Source: an uncultured Ruminococcus sp. (lineage in GTDB: Bacteria; Bacillota; Clostridia; Oscillospirales; CAG-382). Taken from it: DNA of 64,000 nt. Made by a program: the position numbers and the translations under genes. The notes beneath the pieces were generated by a model. That model did no database searches. It had not been told where the DNA came from and was given only the letters and a program-made list of their open reading frames with translations. Positions 54,933 through 64,000 of the stretch are shown piece by piece. Positions within the stretch are counted from its first letter, which is position 1, and each line of letters starts with the position of its first letter. The stretch is from contig CAZASH010000001.1 in assembly GCA_964487775.1 (NCBI GenBank), positions 403,565 to 467,564 of the forward strand, in the 5' to 3' direction.

Positions 54933-55799
54933 TTATTTCTTCTTTTTGGAAACGATGACAACGACGACAACTATCGCAACAACTGCGACAGCGACGACGA
55001 TGATCCACCAGGGGAATGCTGCGTCATCGGTTGTGGGAGCTTCAGAGGAGTCCTCGGTGGTAGACTCGGGAGCTTCAGAGGAAGCTTCGGGCTCTTCGGA
55101 GGGCTCTGCGGGAGCTTCGGAGGAAGCCTCGGGCTCTTCGGAGGGCTCTTCAGAGGGTTCTGCAGAAGGCTCTTCAGAGGGTTCTTCGGGTTCGTCGCTG
55201 ATGACGCCGTCGTTATAGATCTCGACCTCATCGGTGAACATCCAGGTGCCTGCGCCTGCGGTGTAGACAAGCTTTACGTACTGGGTGTGCTTGTTGAGAG
55301 TGATTCTGTATTCGGCACTGGTGCCTTCAACGAGCTCTGCGGTATATTCGCCCTCATAGCCGCCCTTGAATTCTGTGCCGTCCTCAGAATAGAAAGCCTC
55401 GATGACAGAGGGAGCAGCGATGCCGCTTGCGCAGGAATTGTTGACAGTGACAACGATAGTGCCAACGTCATAGGCCTGATCGAGCGTGAAGAGCAGATAA
55501 ACGCCGTGCTCTGCTGCCTGGGGATGAGCGGTGCTCATGCCGACCCACTGGGGATCACCGTGGCCGACGTCGGCTGCATGCTGACCGTCGATAAGGTCTT
55601 TGCCGGTCTCGTCGCCATAAACGGCGTCAGCAGGGTTATCAGACCAGCCCCAGGGAGACTCTTTTTGCTGCTGATAGATGTCGAAGATCTCGTACGTCGA
55701 GGTTGCGGCAACGTTGACGGGGTCGTCAGCAGATGCAACTATTGCAACGAGCGAAACGCACATGATGAGTGAAACAAGAATAGCGATTGTTTTTTTCAT
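54933..55799 (-). CDS. Secreted surface protein C (288 aa): discoidin-like domain, acidic P/E/S/A stalk, FPWW-TM-KKKK C-terminus
   Basis: Signal peptide MKKTIAILVSLIMCVSLVAIVASA after RBS aggagga (ATG at 55799). Domain end YVKLVYTAGAGTWMFTDEVEIYN parallels protein B. C-terminus DDAAFPWWIIVVAVAVVAIVVVVVIVSKKKK. Confidence 0.8.
   Translation of the reverse strand: MKKTIAILVSLIMCVSLVAIVASADDPVNVAATSTYEIFDIYQQQKESPWGWSDNPADAVYGDETGKDLIDGQHAADVGHGDPQWVGMSTAHPQAAEHGVYLLFTLDQAYDVGTIVVTVNNSCASGIAAPSVIEAFYSEDGTEFKGGYEGEYTAELVEGTSAEYRITLNKHTQYVKLVYTAGAGTWMFTDEVEIYNDGVISDEPEEPSEEPSAEPSEEPSEEPEASSEAPAEPSEEPEASSEAPESTTEDSSEAPTTDDAAFPWWIIVVAVAVVAIVVVVVIVSKKKK
55035..55195 (-). repeat. In-frame tandem repeats encoding the acidic stalk of protein C (two 42-bp units plus degenerate and short units)
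   Basis: Units 55068-55109 and 55110-55151 differ at a few positions and encode AEPSEEPEASSEAP twice. They are flanked by EEPS-type shorter repeats. Confidence 0.8.
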
Positions 55800-55873
55800 A
55801 GTGATTATTCCTCCTGTGAATTTGTGTATATTGTAGCACAAAAACCTCGAATATGCAAGCGTTAATCGTCAAT

Positions 55874-56356
55874 TTATCGAACCAAAGCGCCACTTTTGCT
55901 GATTTTTTCGACCACAGGAGAGAGCCTGTGCAGAAATTCAGCCACATCCTTTAACCTGTGGTAAACAGAACCGTAACGAACATACGCAACGAGGTCAAGC
56001 TTTTTGAGCTCCTGCATGACGAGCCGACCTATATACGCCGACTCGACCTCAGCATGCAAAACATTCGACAAAGTATATTCTATCTCGTCGACGCACTTTT
56101 CTATCTGTTCGTCGCTCACATTGCGTTTGTAGCAAGCGTGCAGCATAGAGTCGATTATCTTGGTTCTGTCAAAGCTCTGCCTCGAGCCGTTGCGCTTGAT
56201 GACAACGATGGGCATATTTTTGACCGATTCGTATGTCGTATATCGATAGCCGCAGCTGCAGCACACCCTCCTCCTGCGTATAACTTTTGCATCCTTTGAT
56301 GTGTATGTGTCGACTACCCTATCATTCCAGAGTCCACACGCGGGGCATCGCATCAT
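55874..56356 (-). CDS. nrdR: Transcriptional repressor NrdR
   Basis: Zinc ribbon MMRCPACG...CCSCGYRYTTYE followed by an ATP-cone. ATG at 56356 is preceded by ggagga. Confidence 0.9.
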   Translation of the reverse strand: MMRCPACGLWNDRVVDTYTSKDAKVIRRRRVCCSCGYRYTTYESVKNMPIVVIKRNGSRQSFDRTKIIDSMLHACYKRNVSDEQIEKCVDEIEYTLSNVLHAEVESAYIGRLVMQELKKLDLVAYVRYGSVYHRLKDVAEFLHRLSPVVEKISKSGALVR

Positions 56357-56443
56357 TTTTTGTATCCTCCGTAAAATAATTGTTTGGCAATTTTTGCCAA
56401 TTTCTGACATTATTATACCCCTTTTTACAAAAAAGTCAATAGC

Positions 56444-56478
56444 AAAAAAACAAGCAGATGGCAAAAGTCATCTGCTTG
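56444..56478 (-). terminator. Intrinsic terminator after tsf
   Basis: Minus strand: caagcagatg-acttttgc-catctgcttg followed by ttttttt. Confidence 0.8.
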
Positions 56479-56505
56479 CATTTTAATAATATTAATCTGT
56501 TAAGA

Positions 56506-57444
56506 TCAGTTGCCGCCCTTGACCAGACGATCGATCTCGCCTGCAAAGTCGTCTTCTCTCTTTTCGATGCCTTCGCCACGCTCGTACTTGACGAAATAGG
56601 TGATCTTGATCTCGCCGCCGAGCTGCTTTGCGGTCTGCTCGGTGTATTTAGCGATAGTAAGATCCTCGTCACGGACATAAGCCTGGTCAACAAGGCAGTT
56701 GGTCTCATAATATTTGTTTATGCGGCCCTCAACCATCTTCTGCTTAACTGCGTCGGGCTTGCTTGCCTTTGAAGGATCGTTAGCGATCTGCGCAAGCAGG
56801 ATCTCTTTTTCGCCCTCGATGACAGATGCAGGAACGCAGTGTCTGCAAACATAGAGAGGCGACATAGCAGCGATCTGCATGCAGACGTTCTTTGCGTATT
56901 CAGCAAAGCCCTCAGTGCTCTCGATGCCGCCGGTGGTCTCGAATTTGACTACGACACCTGCGGTGCCGCCGCCATGGATATAAGTGCCGGTAACGCCGTC
57001 GATGATCTCAAAGCGACGGATGGACATATTCTCGCCGATGGTGAAGACCATGTTCTTGCGCTCTTCTTCGACAGTGCGATCGGTGCCGTCAAACTTGCAG
57101 TCGGAAAGTGCTGCAACATCGGCAGGCTTATTCTTGAGTATAGTGCGAAGGATGCCCTTGACGAACTCTTTGAAGGTTGCGTTCTTTGCAACAAAGTCGG
57201 TCTCTGCGTTGACCTCGACGATAGCGGTAAGGCCGCACTCATCGCATTTAGCGACGTCGATAACACCTTCAGCAGCAACTCTGTCAGCCTTTTTGCCGGC
57301 AACAGCGATGCCCTTCTCACGCAGGATCTTGATAGCTTCGTCAAAATCGCCGTTAGCGGCGACGAGAGCCTTTTTGCACTCCATCAGGCCAACGCCTGTC
57401 TTTTTGCGGAGCTCGTTAACTGTCTTTGCACTGATATCAGCCAT
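56506..57444 (-). CDS. tsf: Translation elongation factor Ts
   Basis: [19 protein letters not shown] (UBA-like N-terminus) and typical length; immediately downstream of rpsB. Confidence 0.95.
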   Translation of the reverse strand: MADISAKTVNELRKKTGVGLMECKKALVAANGDFDEAIKILREKGIAVAGKKADRVAAEGVIDVAKCDECGLTAIVEVNAETDFVAKNATFKEFVKGILRTILKNKPADVAALSDCKFDGTDRTVEEERKNMVFTIGENMSIRRFEIIDGVTGTYIHGGGTAGVVVKFETTGGIESTEGFAEYAKNVCMQIAAMSPLYVCRHCVPASVIEGEKEILLAQIANDPSKASKPDAVKQKMVEGRINKYYETNCLVDQAYVRDEDLTIAKYTEQTAKQLGGEIKITYFVKYERGEGIEKREDDFAGEIDRLVKGGN

Positions 57445-58183
57445 TGTCTTTATCCTCCTCGGTAGTCTCTGCGGGGGTCTCGGACGAATCGGTGAACTGC
57501 TCGCCCTGCTTGCCCTCGATAATAGCGTCAGCCATTACGGACGAGATAAGCTTGATAGCGCGGATAGCGTCATCGTTGCCGGGGATAACATAATCGATCT
57601 CGTCAGGGTCGCAGTTGGTGTCAACGATTGCAACGATGGGAATGCCCAGCTTGCGTGCTTCATCAACAGCATTGCTTTCTTTCTTGGGGTCGACGATGAA
57701 GATAGCAGAGGGAAGACCCTTCATATCTTTGATACCGCCGAGGTTGCGCTCGAGGTCGCTCATCTGCTTCTGGAGAGCAGCAACTTCTTTTTTGGGAAGA
57801 AGGTCGAACGTGCCGTCCTCAGCCATCTTGGTGAGGTTGTTGAGCTTTTGGATAGACTTTTTGATAGTCTTGAAGTTGGTCATCATGCCGCCGAGCCAAC
57901 GAACGTTGACATAGTACATACCGCAGCGGAGTGCTTCTTCTTTGATAGCCTCCTGAGCCTGCTTTTTGGTGCCGACAAACAGAACGTTGCCGCCGTCCAT
58001 AGCCACCTGGCGAATGAACATATAGGCTTCTTCAACCTTCTTGACGGTCTTCTGCAGGTCGATGATGTAGATGCCGTTGCGCTCGGTGAAGATGTACTCA
58101 GCCATCTTAGGGTTCCATCTTCTGGTCTGGTGACCAAAGTGGACGCCTGCCTCGAGCAGCTGCTTCATGGAAATAACAGACAT
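57437..58183 (-). CDS. rpsB: 30S ribosomal protein S2
   Basis: [30 protein letters not shown] at 58183 is preceded by aaaggag; the longer ORF to 58384 has no support. Confidence 0.95.
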   Translation of the reverse strand: MSVISMKQLLEAGVHFGHQTRRWNPKMAEYIFTERNGIYIIDLQKTVKKVEEAYMFIRQVAMDGGNVLFVGTKKQAQEAIKEEALRCGMYYVNVRWLGGMMTNFKTIKKSIQKLNNLTKMAEDGTFDLLPKKEVAALQKQMSDLERNLGGIKDMKGLPSAIFIVDPKKESNAVDEARKLGIPIVAIVDTNCDPDEIDYVIPGNDDAIRAIKLISSVMADAIIEGKQGEQFTDSSETPAETTEEDKDNG

Positions 58184-58310
58184 TTTTGCTCCTTTCGGGT
58201 TGCCCCGCCACCGCAGTTTTGAATTTACGTCGCTAAAGTACCTTGCGGCACACCCGTGCGGCGCATAAGCGGTGTGTGTAATGCTTTGTCCTTTCTGACA
58301 AATCCGATTG

Positions 58311-58339
58311 ATTGTAGCACATTCGAATCGATTTTGCAA
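58311..58339 (-). promoter_or_regulatory. Sigma-70-type promoter for rpsB-tsf
   Basis: Minus strand reads TTGCAA-17 nt-(TGc)TACAAT, leaving a 5' leader of about 120 nt. Confidence 0.6.
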
Positions 58340-58374
58340 GGGGTTTTGGCGATTTTTTTGCATATATCCATCAA

Positions 58375-58424
58375 AAAAAATCACCCAAAAATCGCCGACG
58401 GCGGCAAAAACCGTCGTCGGCGGA
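58375..58424 (-). terminator. Intrinsic terminator after the AGE-family epimerase gene
   Basis: Minus strand: cgccgacgacgg-tttttg-ccgccgtcggcg (one mismatch) followed by atttttgggtgatttttttt. Confidence 0.7.
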
Positions 58425-58449
58425 ACAAATAGTGCGATTTTTAATTAAA

Positions 58450-59670
58450 TTACATGATATTGCCTGCAGGCTCGCCATTCTCAAGTCTGCCGAGAATGCG
58501 CTCGCAGTGCATGAGGCAGCGAGGCAGATGGAACGGGCCTTTCCACATTGAGCCCTTTTGAGTATGGCTGACAGTGCCATCCTTATGGAGATAGCCATAC
58601 CATTCGCCGCACTCCTTGTCAGAGAAATGTCCGAACGAATAATGGAATGCCCTCTCAAACCAATCCCAATATTTCTTTTCGCCTGTGATGTTATAAGCCA
58701 TCAGAGTTGCGATAAGCACCTCGTTGTGTACCCACCAGAGCTTCATGTCGTGCTCAAGCTGTTCGGGCGGACGGTGCGAAACGTCGGTATAATAGACTAC
58801 GCCGCCGTATTCCTTGTCCCAGCCCCATTCGAGCGACCACTCGAGGATGTTGAGCGCCTTTTGCAAAAGCTCCTTGTCGCCTGTATATACCGCCTCGTTC
58901 ATGAGGAACCAGCTATTCTCGATAGAGTGTCCGGGGTTGATGCAGCGACCTGCGGGGTTGTCGATAAACTCGCCGTTCGGGCCGACGCACTCGAGCACGC
59001 ACTTGAATTCGGGCTTATAATGATAATCGATGATGGCGTGAACCATCTCCTCGGTGATCTGTGTATAATATTCTGCCTTCTCGGGGTCGCAGCGGCGGAG
59101 AAGCTGTGCGCTGCTCACGAGCACCATAGGTACTGCGCTTGCTCTGTCCTGTCTGGTCGAGGCATACGACTTGGGTGTGCAGAAATAAGGGTCGGACGAA
59201 GGGTCGCGGAACATTTTGAGCATGAGCTCAAAGCAATCCTCTGCCTTTTTGAGTGCTTCTTTGTCGCCTGTGAGCGCTGCGTATTCAGCCATCGAGATGA
59301 CATAAAAGCTCTCGGAATACATATATCTGCGCTTGCGGAGCGGCAAGCCCTCTTTGGTGACTGTAAAGAACATTCTGCCGTCGGTATCGATGCACTTTTC
59401 GTTCATAAACTTAACGCCTGCCTTGACGTCCTCGAGCAATTCGGGGCGGACGCCATAGCGGTTCATAAGATGCGAGAACGTCCAGACACATCTGCCCTGG
59501 AACCATACCGATTTGTCGTCGTTATAGCTCTTGCCATAACGGTCAACGCTGGTGATGAAGCCACCATTCTCTCTGTCGATAAGGTCGCTGTCGAGCCAGA
59601 AGGGAATGACGTCCTCGAGCAGCTGGTTTTTAAAAAATTGCCTGTAGGATGCAAAGGTCTCTTTGTTCAT
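58450..59670 (-). CDS. AGE-family (N-acylglucosamine 2-epimerase / cellobiose 2-epimerase-like) isomerase
   Basis: 406-aa (alpha/alpha)6-type protein with family-typical blocks (IPFWL.SDLIDRENGGF, WWVHNE, W.KGP.H.PR). Confidence 0.75.
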   Translation of the reverse strand: MNKETFASYRQFFKNQLLEDVIPFWLDSDLIDRENGGFITSVDRYGKSYNDDKSVWFQGRCVWTFSHLMNRYGVRPELLEDVKAGVKFMNEKCIDTDGRMFFTVTKEGLPLRKRRYMYSESFYVISMAEYAALTGDKEALKKAEDCFELMLKMFRDPSSDPYFCTPKSYASTRQDRASAVPMVLVSSAQLLRRCDPEKAEYYTQITEEMVHAIIDYHYKPEFKCVLECVGPNGEFIDNPAGRCINPGHSIENSWFLMNEAVYTGDKELLQKALNILEWSLEWGWDKEYGGVVYYTDVSHRPPEQLEHDMKLWWVHNEVLIATLMAYNITGEKKYWDWFERAFHYSFGHFSDKECGEWYGYLHKDGTVSHTQKGSMWKGPFHLPRCLMHCERILGRLENGEPAGNIM

Positions 59671-59776
59671 AACACGCTACTTCCTTTTATAATAATATTT
59701 TTACCTGCGGCGTTTGCTGCCGAGGTCATCTCTAACTATATAATATTATTTTCTCGCCCGATTGTCAATAATAAAA

Positions 59777-59805
59777 TTGACAAATCGAGATCGTTATGCT
59801 ATCAT
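59777..59805 (+). promoter_or_regulatory. Sigma-70-type promoter for the LRR lipoprotein gene
   Basis: TTGACA-17 nt-TATCAT. The -35 element lies inside the palindrome ttgtcaat-aataaa-attgacaa (59762-59783). Confidence 0.5.
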
Positions 59806-59883
59806 TATGGTGTATTGTTATAGCATATACTGATGCTTGATATATTCAGGCCTTTGGCTTTTGAAAGGACAAACAAAGCGATC

Positions 59884-60765
59884 ATGAAAAACAAACTCTT
59901 AAAAAGACTTTTGGCGGCGCTTATGCTGCTTGCGCTGACGCTTTCGCTCTGCGCCTGCGGCGACGACTTTGACTTAAAAGAATTTATAAAAAAATACATG
60001 ACCGACGAGGGTCTTGTTTCGCGTGACCCGGGCTATATCGAAACCCGCGAAAACGAGCTGTATCAATATGAGGTATACGAGGACCATGTCATGCTGACGG
60101 CTTATATCGGCGAAGCAAACGTGGTCATACTCCCCTCCTCGATCGACGGACTGCCCGTGACCGTGATAGGCACTTTGTGCTTTTACACCGGCAACAGCGA
60201 AGTCACCAATGTGACTATTCCCTCATCTGTCAAGAGGCTTGACGACAGCGCATTTTATCTCTGCACCAAGCTCGAAATGCTGGTCGTGCCCGAAACGGTC
60301 GAGCGCATAGGCGAGCGCTGCTTTGGCTGGTGCGAGAGCCTCAGATCTGTCACACTTCCGTCGTCGCTCACAGAGATACCCGCATACTGCTTTAATTATT
60401 GCACCTCGCTCGAAACGATAAGCATTCCGTCGGTCTGCACAATGATCGGCACTCGCGCATTTTCTTATTGCTCGGCGCTGACCACCGTGACATTGCCGCC
60501 TGTCACAGCAGAAATAGGCGCAAAGGTCTTTGCCGAATGCGAGAGCCTCGACTTTTTGCTTTTGCCCGACAGCCTCAAGGCCATCGGCGAGGGTCTGCTC
60601 GACGGCTCTGACAAGTGCCTCATCATAGCATCTGCTTCTTCGACGGCGGCTATGTATTGCGACACAAATTCGCTGACGTTCTATACCACGCTTGCGGATG
60701 CCGAGGCGGCAAAGGGCTATGGCGACTCAGATCAATCGGATCAATCAGAACAATCGGACGAATAA
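59884..60765 (+). CDS. Leucine-rich-repeat (BspA-type) lipoprotein
   Basis: Lipobox LTLSLCACG. Repeated LRR_5-like units follow (IPSSVKRLDDSAFYLCTKLEMLVVPETVERIGERCFGWCESLRSVTLPSSLTEIPAYCF...). Confidence 0.8.
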   Translation: MKNKLLKRLLAALMLLALTLSLCACGDDFDLKEFIKKYMTDEGLVSRDPGYIETRENELYQYEVYEDHVMLTAYIGEANVVILPSSIDGLPVTVIGTLCFYTGNSEVTNVTIPSSVKRLDDSAFYLCTKLEMLVVPETVERIGERCFGWCESLRSVTLPSSLTEIPAYCFNYCTSLETISIPSVCTMIGTRAFSYCSALTTVTLPPVTAEIGAKVFAECESLDFLLLPDSLKAIGEGLLDGSDKCLIIASASSTAAMYCDTNSLTFYTTLADAEAAKGYGDSDQSDQSEQSDE

Positions 60766-60822
60766 GCCATGCGAATTATTTAAAATGCGCGTGTTATATA
60801 AATAATGTAAGGAGGCATCGGA

Positions 60823-61697
60823 TGGCAGGATATTTTAAAATCGAACAATCGCTGTTTGAAATGATAACCGACGAGGTATGCGGCACGCCGCACATATACG
60901 ACACCCTGCTCAACGTTGCCGACGCATTTGCAGACACGTTTTTCAGGTCCTATGACAACGGCAGCAATTATGACGACCTGCAGGAGGTCAAGAATACCTT
61001 TCTCATCAGAGTATACAAAGAGGTGTTCCACTCGTTCTACGGCGACGGAGAGGACAAAGACAAGCGTCCGGATGAGCTCGAGAAATGGCTCGCCCGCAGG
61101 GCGACGTGGGTGTTCAACTCGCATTATCAAAAGCAAAAAAAGCTGTATGACAATCTGTCATTTACAATAGACGAGCAGCCCGAGGATGACGAATTGCCGA
61201 GGCTGACTCCGCCCGAGCTGACCTCAGGCAGTCCCGAGGATGCACTCGTCGCACAACAGAATGAAATAGAAAATACAGAGCGCAACCGTGAGCAGGTCAA
61301 GCGGCTCATAGTCGCCATGCTCACTTCGCCGTCAGAGCCTTATATCATACTTTCATGTCTTGCGGTCGACCTTTATTTCGCCACGCACACAGAGTGCCAG
61401 AGCAAAAAGGATGCCGAAAACGCGATAGTTCAGCTTGACTATACGCTCGACGAGCTTGCAGATTTTGATTTCGGATTTCTGCGGGGCTTTACATGGCTTG
61501 ACGGCATAGACCAGCTCGAGGAGCTGATATTGCAAAAGCTCGACAGATTGCAGGACAACGGTGTGCGACTGGGCGAGTCGAGGCTATCTGACTTTTTCGG
61601 CAAGGCAGACGGAGTTACGGCACTTTCGAAATGGACATATGTCCAGGGCAAGTCGCTGCAACGCAAGCTCGGCTTGACGGCAGGTAGCGGCAAATGA
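60823..61697 (+). CDS. Hypothetical protein with weak sigma-70 region-2-like and region-4-like motifs
   Basis: ATG at 60823 follows aggagg. LEKWLARRATWVFNSHYQKQKK resembles a sigma region 2.1/2.2 pattern, and the C-terminal GVTALSKWTYVQGKSLQRKL resembles the end of region 4.2. ATGA overlap with cca. Confidence 0.4.
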
Positions 61698-62890
61698 CAG
61701 TCTTTTCAAATTCAGCTGTATATGTCATGCAAAAATTGCTTTCGCACGGGTTTGAGGCTTATGCCGTCGGCGGCTGCGTGCGCGACATGTGCATGGGCAT
61801 AGAGCCACACGACACAGACATTACCACCAATGCAAAGCCCGACGAAATGCTGGCGCTTTTTTCAGGCGACAGGGTCATCGAGACAGGGCTCAAGCACGGC
61901 ACTGTTACAGTGCTGAAGGACGACGAGCCTATCGAGGTCACCACCTATCGCATAGACGGAGTTTATGCCGACAACAGGCACCCCAAAAGTGTCACCTTCA
62001 CCTCTGATCTTTCAAACGACCTGTCGCGACGAGATTTTACCGTCAATGCGATGGCGTGCGATATCGACGGCAACATAGTCGATATTTTCGGCGGCAGGCA
62101 GCATATAGCGCAAAAGATCATCTGCTGCGTGGGCGACCCGTGCAAGCGGTTCGATGAGGACGGCTTGCGCATACTGCGTGCACTGCGATTTGCATCGGTG
62201 CTCGGCTTTACGCTCGAAAAAAGCACGTCGGATGCTGTCCGATCAAAGCGCAAGCTGCTGTGCAACATCTCACGCGAGCGCATACTTTCTGAATTCACCA
62301 AACTGCTCTGCGGCAAAAACGCACAGACAATATTAGAATCATATCCCGAGGTCATAGCGGAGTTTATAGACGGCTATGCGCCTCACGATATTTCGGCTGT
62401 TTCCAAAGTAAAAAGTGACAGATGCCTGCGGTACGCCGCACTGTTCGCCGATGCCTTTACACCCGAACAGGCAGCGACGGCGCTTTCGGCACTGAAATGC
62501 GACACAAAGCTCAAAACGTGCGTCAAATCGCTGCTTTGGGGGCTCGACGACGACGGCGATGCGATAACTTTGCTACGCAGATACGGCAAAGAGACATTAT
62601 TCGGCATTGCGGAGCTCAGGAACGCATGCCGCCGTGAGAAAGCACAAGAGACGGCGATGCTTGTCAAAGAAGCACAGCGCATCATCGACTGCGGCGAATG
62701 CTATTGCCTCAAAATGCTCGACGTCACGGGCCGTGATCTTATCGACTGCGGCATTCCGCAATCCGGCGTGATAGGCGACATACTCGAGCAATTGCTCACC
62801 GAGGTCATGTCAAAGCGCATATCCAACCAAAAAAGTGCATTGACAGCCCGCGCAAAGGATTTATACAACAACATTCAAGCAAATCAATAA
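61694..62890 (+). CDS. cca: CCA tRNA nucleotidyltransferase
   Basis: GGCVRD, DTDITT (DxD) and RRDFTVNAM motifs. Confidence 0.9.
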   Translation: MTVFSNSAVYVMQKLLSHGFEAYAVGGCVRDMCMGIEPHDTDITTNAKPDEMLALFSGDRVIETGLKHGTVTVLKDDEPIEVTTYRIDGVYADNRHPKSVTFTSDLSNDLSRRDFTVNAMACDIDGNIVDIFGGRQHIAQKIICCVGDPCKRFDEDGLRILRALRFASVLGFTLEKSTSDAVRSKRKLLCNISRERILSEFTKLLCGKNAQTILESYPEVIAEFIDGYAPHDISAVSKVKSDRCLRYAALFADAFTPEQAATALSALKCDTKLKTCVKSLLWGLDDDGDAITLLRRYGKETLFGIAELRNACRREKAQETAMLVKEAQRIIDCGECYCLKMLDVTGRDLIDCGIPQSGVIGDILEQLLTEVMSKRISNQKSALTARAKDLYNNIQANQ

Positions 62891-62925
62891 ACCTTCATAC
62901 ATTGACATACGAAAGGAACAATCAG

Positions 62926-63501
62926 ATGATAATCAACCCTCAATTTTACGAAAAAGATGGCGGCGTCGAAAGAGGCTATGACGTATATTCAAGGCTGCTC
63001 AAGGACCGCGTCGTGCTGCTGTTCAACGAGGTCGACGACAACCTCGCATGCTCGATAATCGGTCAGCTGCTCTACCTCGAATCGGTCGACCCCGAGAAGG
63101 ATGTATATCTCTATATCAACTCCCCCGGCGGCAGCGTTCCCGCAGGTCTTGGCATATATGACACCATGCAGCACCTAAAGTGTGATGTTTCGACTATCTG
63201 TGTCGGCATGGCAGCAAGCATGGGCGCATTCCTGCTCTCGTCCGGCGCAAAGGGCAAGAGATTCGCACTGCCCAACAGCGAAATAATGATACATCAGGTA
63301 TCGTCGGGCGTTCAGGGACAGGCAACCGACATGAAGATAGCGGTCGAGCACACCCTGAGGCTCAAGGACAGGCTCAACAGAATACTTGCCGACAACACAG
63401 GCAAGCCTATCGAGCAGGTCGCACTCGACACCGAGCGTGACAACTGGATGTTCGCCGAAGAAGCACAGGCATACGGCATCATCGACAGCATCATTAAGTG
63501 A
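62926..63501 (+). CDS. clpP: ATP-dependent Clp protease proteolytic subunit
   Basis: [11 protein letters not shown], catalytic Ser in [11 protein letters not shown], His in MIHQ. ATG at 62926 follows aaagga. Confidence 0.95.
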   Translation: MIINPQFYEKDGGVERGYDVYSRLLKDRVVLLFNEVDDNLACSIIGQLLYLESVDPEKDVYLYINSPGGSVPAGLGIYDTMQHLKCDVSTICVGMAASMGAFLLSSGAKGKRFALPNSEIMIHQVSSGVQGQATDMKIAVEHTLRLKDRLNRILADNTGKPIEQVALDTERDNWMFAEEAQAYGIIDSIIK

Positions 63502-63525
63502 TCAATATCACATCAATATCCATCA

Positions 63526-63558
63526 AAAGAGAGCTCGCGCTCTCTTTTGTTTATTTTT
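63526..63558 (+). terminator. Intrinsic terminator after clpP
   Basis: aaagagagc-tcgc-gctctcttt followed by tgtttattttt. Confidence 0.8.
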
Positions 63559-63609
63559 GCCTCTCGTCGTTTTGTACAAAATCGGGGGGATATTTGTGTA
63601 TAATTACGA

Positions 63610-63638
63610 TTGACAGAGCATGAACAGAGTGATATATT
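63610..63638 (+). promoter_or_regulatory. Sigma-70-type promoter for the downstream lipoprotein gene
   Basis: TTGACA-17 nt-TATATT. Confidence 0.55.
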
Positions 63639-63664
63639 AAACATAGAATAAGGGGTGAATAAAT

Positions 63665-64000
63665 ATGAAAAACAGGATTATTTTACCGTTATTATTGCTT
63701 TTGATTGCGTTGACGCTTTCGGCGTGTGCGCCCACGTACAGCGCAAAATGTTACGATCACGACAAAAAGGCTGACGATACCCCACTGACATACAGGCTGG
63801 CCGACACAGTCAGAGGCTGGTTTGAAAAGGTCGAGCCGCTTGATGAAATATCTATCGGCGACAAATCGTATGCCGTGGATTTTGTCGAGCGCGAGATCGA
63901 GTATGATTACGCGCGGCACGAATATGACACTTACAAAACCAAGAACGGCGAAACGATCTATTTAGAGGATGGCGAGCTTAGCGGTTTCAAATTTGAGGCA
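63665..64000 (+). CDS. Hypothetical lipoprotein, 3' end runs off the window
   Basis: My own translation from the ATG at 63665 (not in the ORF track because it has no stop in the window): MKNRIILPLLLLLIALTLSACAPTYSAK..., with a lipobox LSAC and RBS aagggg upstream. Confidence 0.65.
   Translation, partial: MKNRIILPLLLLLIALTLSACAPTYSAKCYDHDKKADDTPLTYRLADTVRGWFEKVEPLDEISIGDKSYAVDFVEREIEYDYARHEYDTYKTKNGETIYLEDGELSGFKFEA

Noticed and set aside
58184-58384. N-terminal 67-aa extension of rpsB in the ORF track
   Set aside because: The S2 family starts at [19 protein letters not shown], with aaaggag just upstream. The extension covers the promoter and leader.
60615-60822. Upstream extension of the hypothetical-protein ORF (360-aa version) overlapping the 3' end of the LRR lipoprotein gene
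   Set aside because: The ATG at 60823 has a strong aggagg RBS. The extension overlaps a confidently coding gene in another frame.
1-64000. Mobile elements, prophage, CRISPR-Cas, toxin-antitoxin or defence islands
   Set aside because: I found no integrase, transposase or recombinase motifs, terminal inverted repeats, repeat-spacer arrays or typical defence gene signatures in any frame. The tRNA genes are not flanked by an integrated element.

Overview
This is a dense, almost fully coding chromosomal segment with gene content and synteny typical of Clostridia (Oscillospiraceae/Ruminococcaceae-like; taxonomy is inference). I call 53 protein-coding genes and 2 tRNAs. I found no rRNA, CRISPR array, transposase, integrase, prophage or recognisable defence/biosynthetic cluster. 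Most of the window is housekeeping: cmk-plsC-ispH/rpsA, pth-mfd, ppdK, tadA-metG-tatD, gap, murC, rpmB, hflKC, malQ, metA, nrdR, rpsB-tsf, cca and clpP. It also holds a guanine-riboswitch-controlled xpt + BMP-family nucleoside/purine ABC transporter operon. The left edge cuts through a very large GH94/cyclic-beta-1,2-glucan-synthase-like gene. The least ordinary content is a set of three secreted, apparently cell-surface proteins (38859-40286, 41409-44087, 54933-55799). Each has an acidic Ser/Glu/Pro or Ser/Asp tandem-repeat stalk. Two of them end in a near-identical FPWW + hydrophobic helix + KKKK C-terminus that I do not recognise as a described sorting signal. The third ends in a sortase-like VPDTG signal. 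Two of them also share a signal peptide and an uncharacterised ~110-aa module that is repeated about four times in the largest protein. A second oddity is an in-frame fusion of TsaC (YrdC-domain t6A enzyme) with dephospho-CoA kinase CoaE. I see no convincing multi-gene novel system. All calls rest on reading the supplied translations and the DNA by eye; no searches were run.
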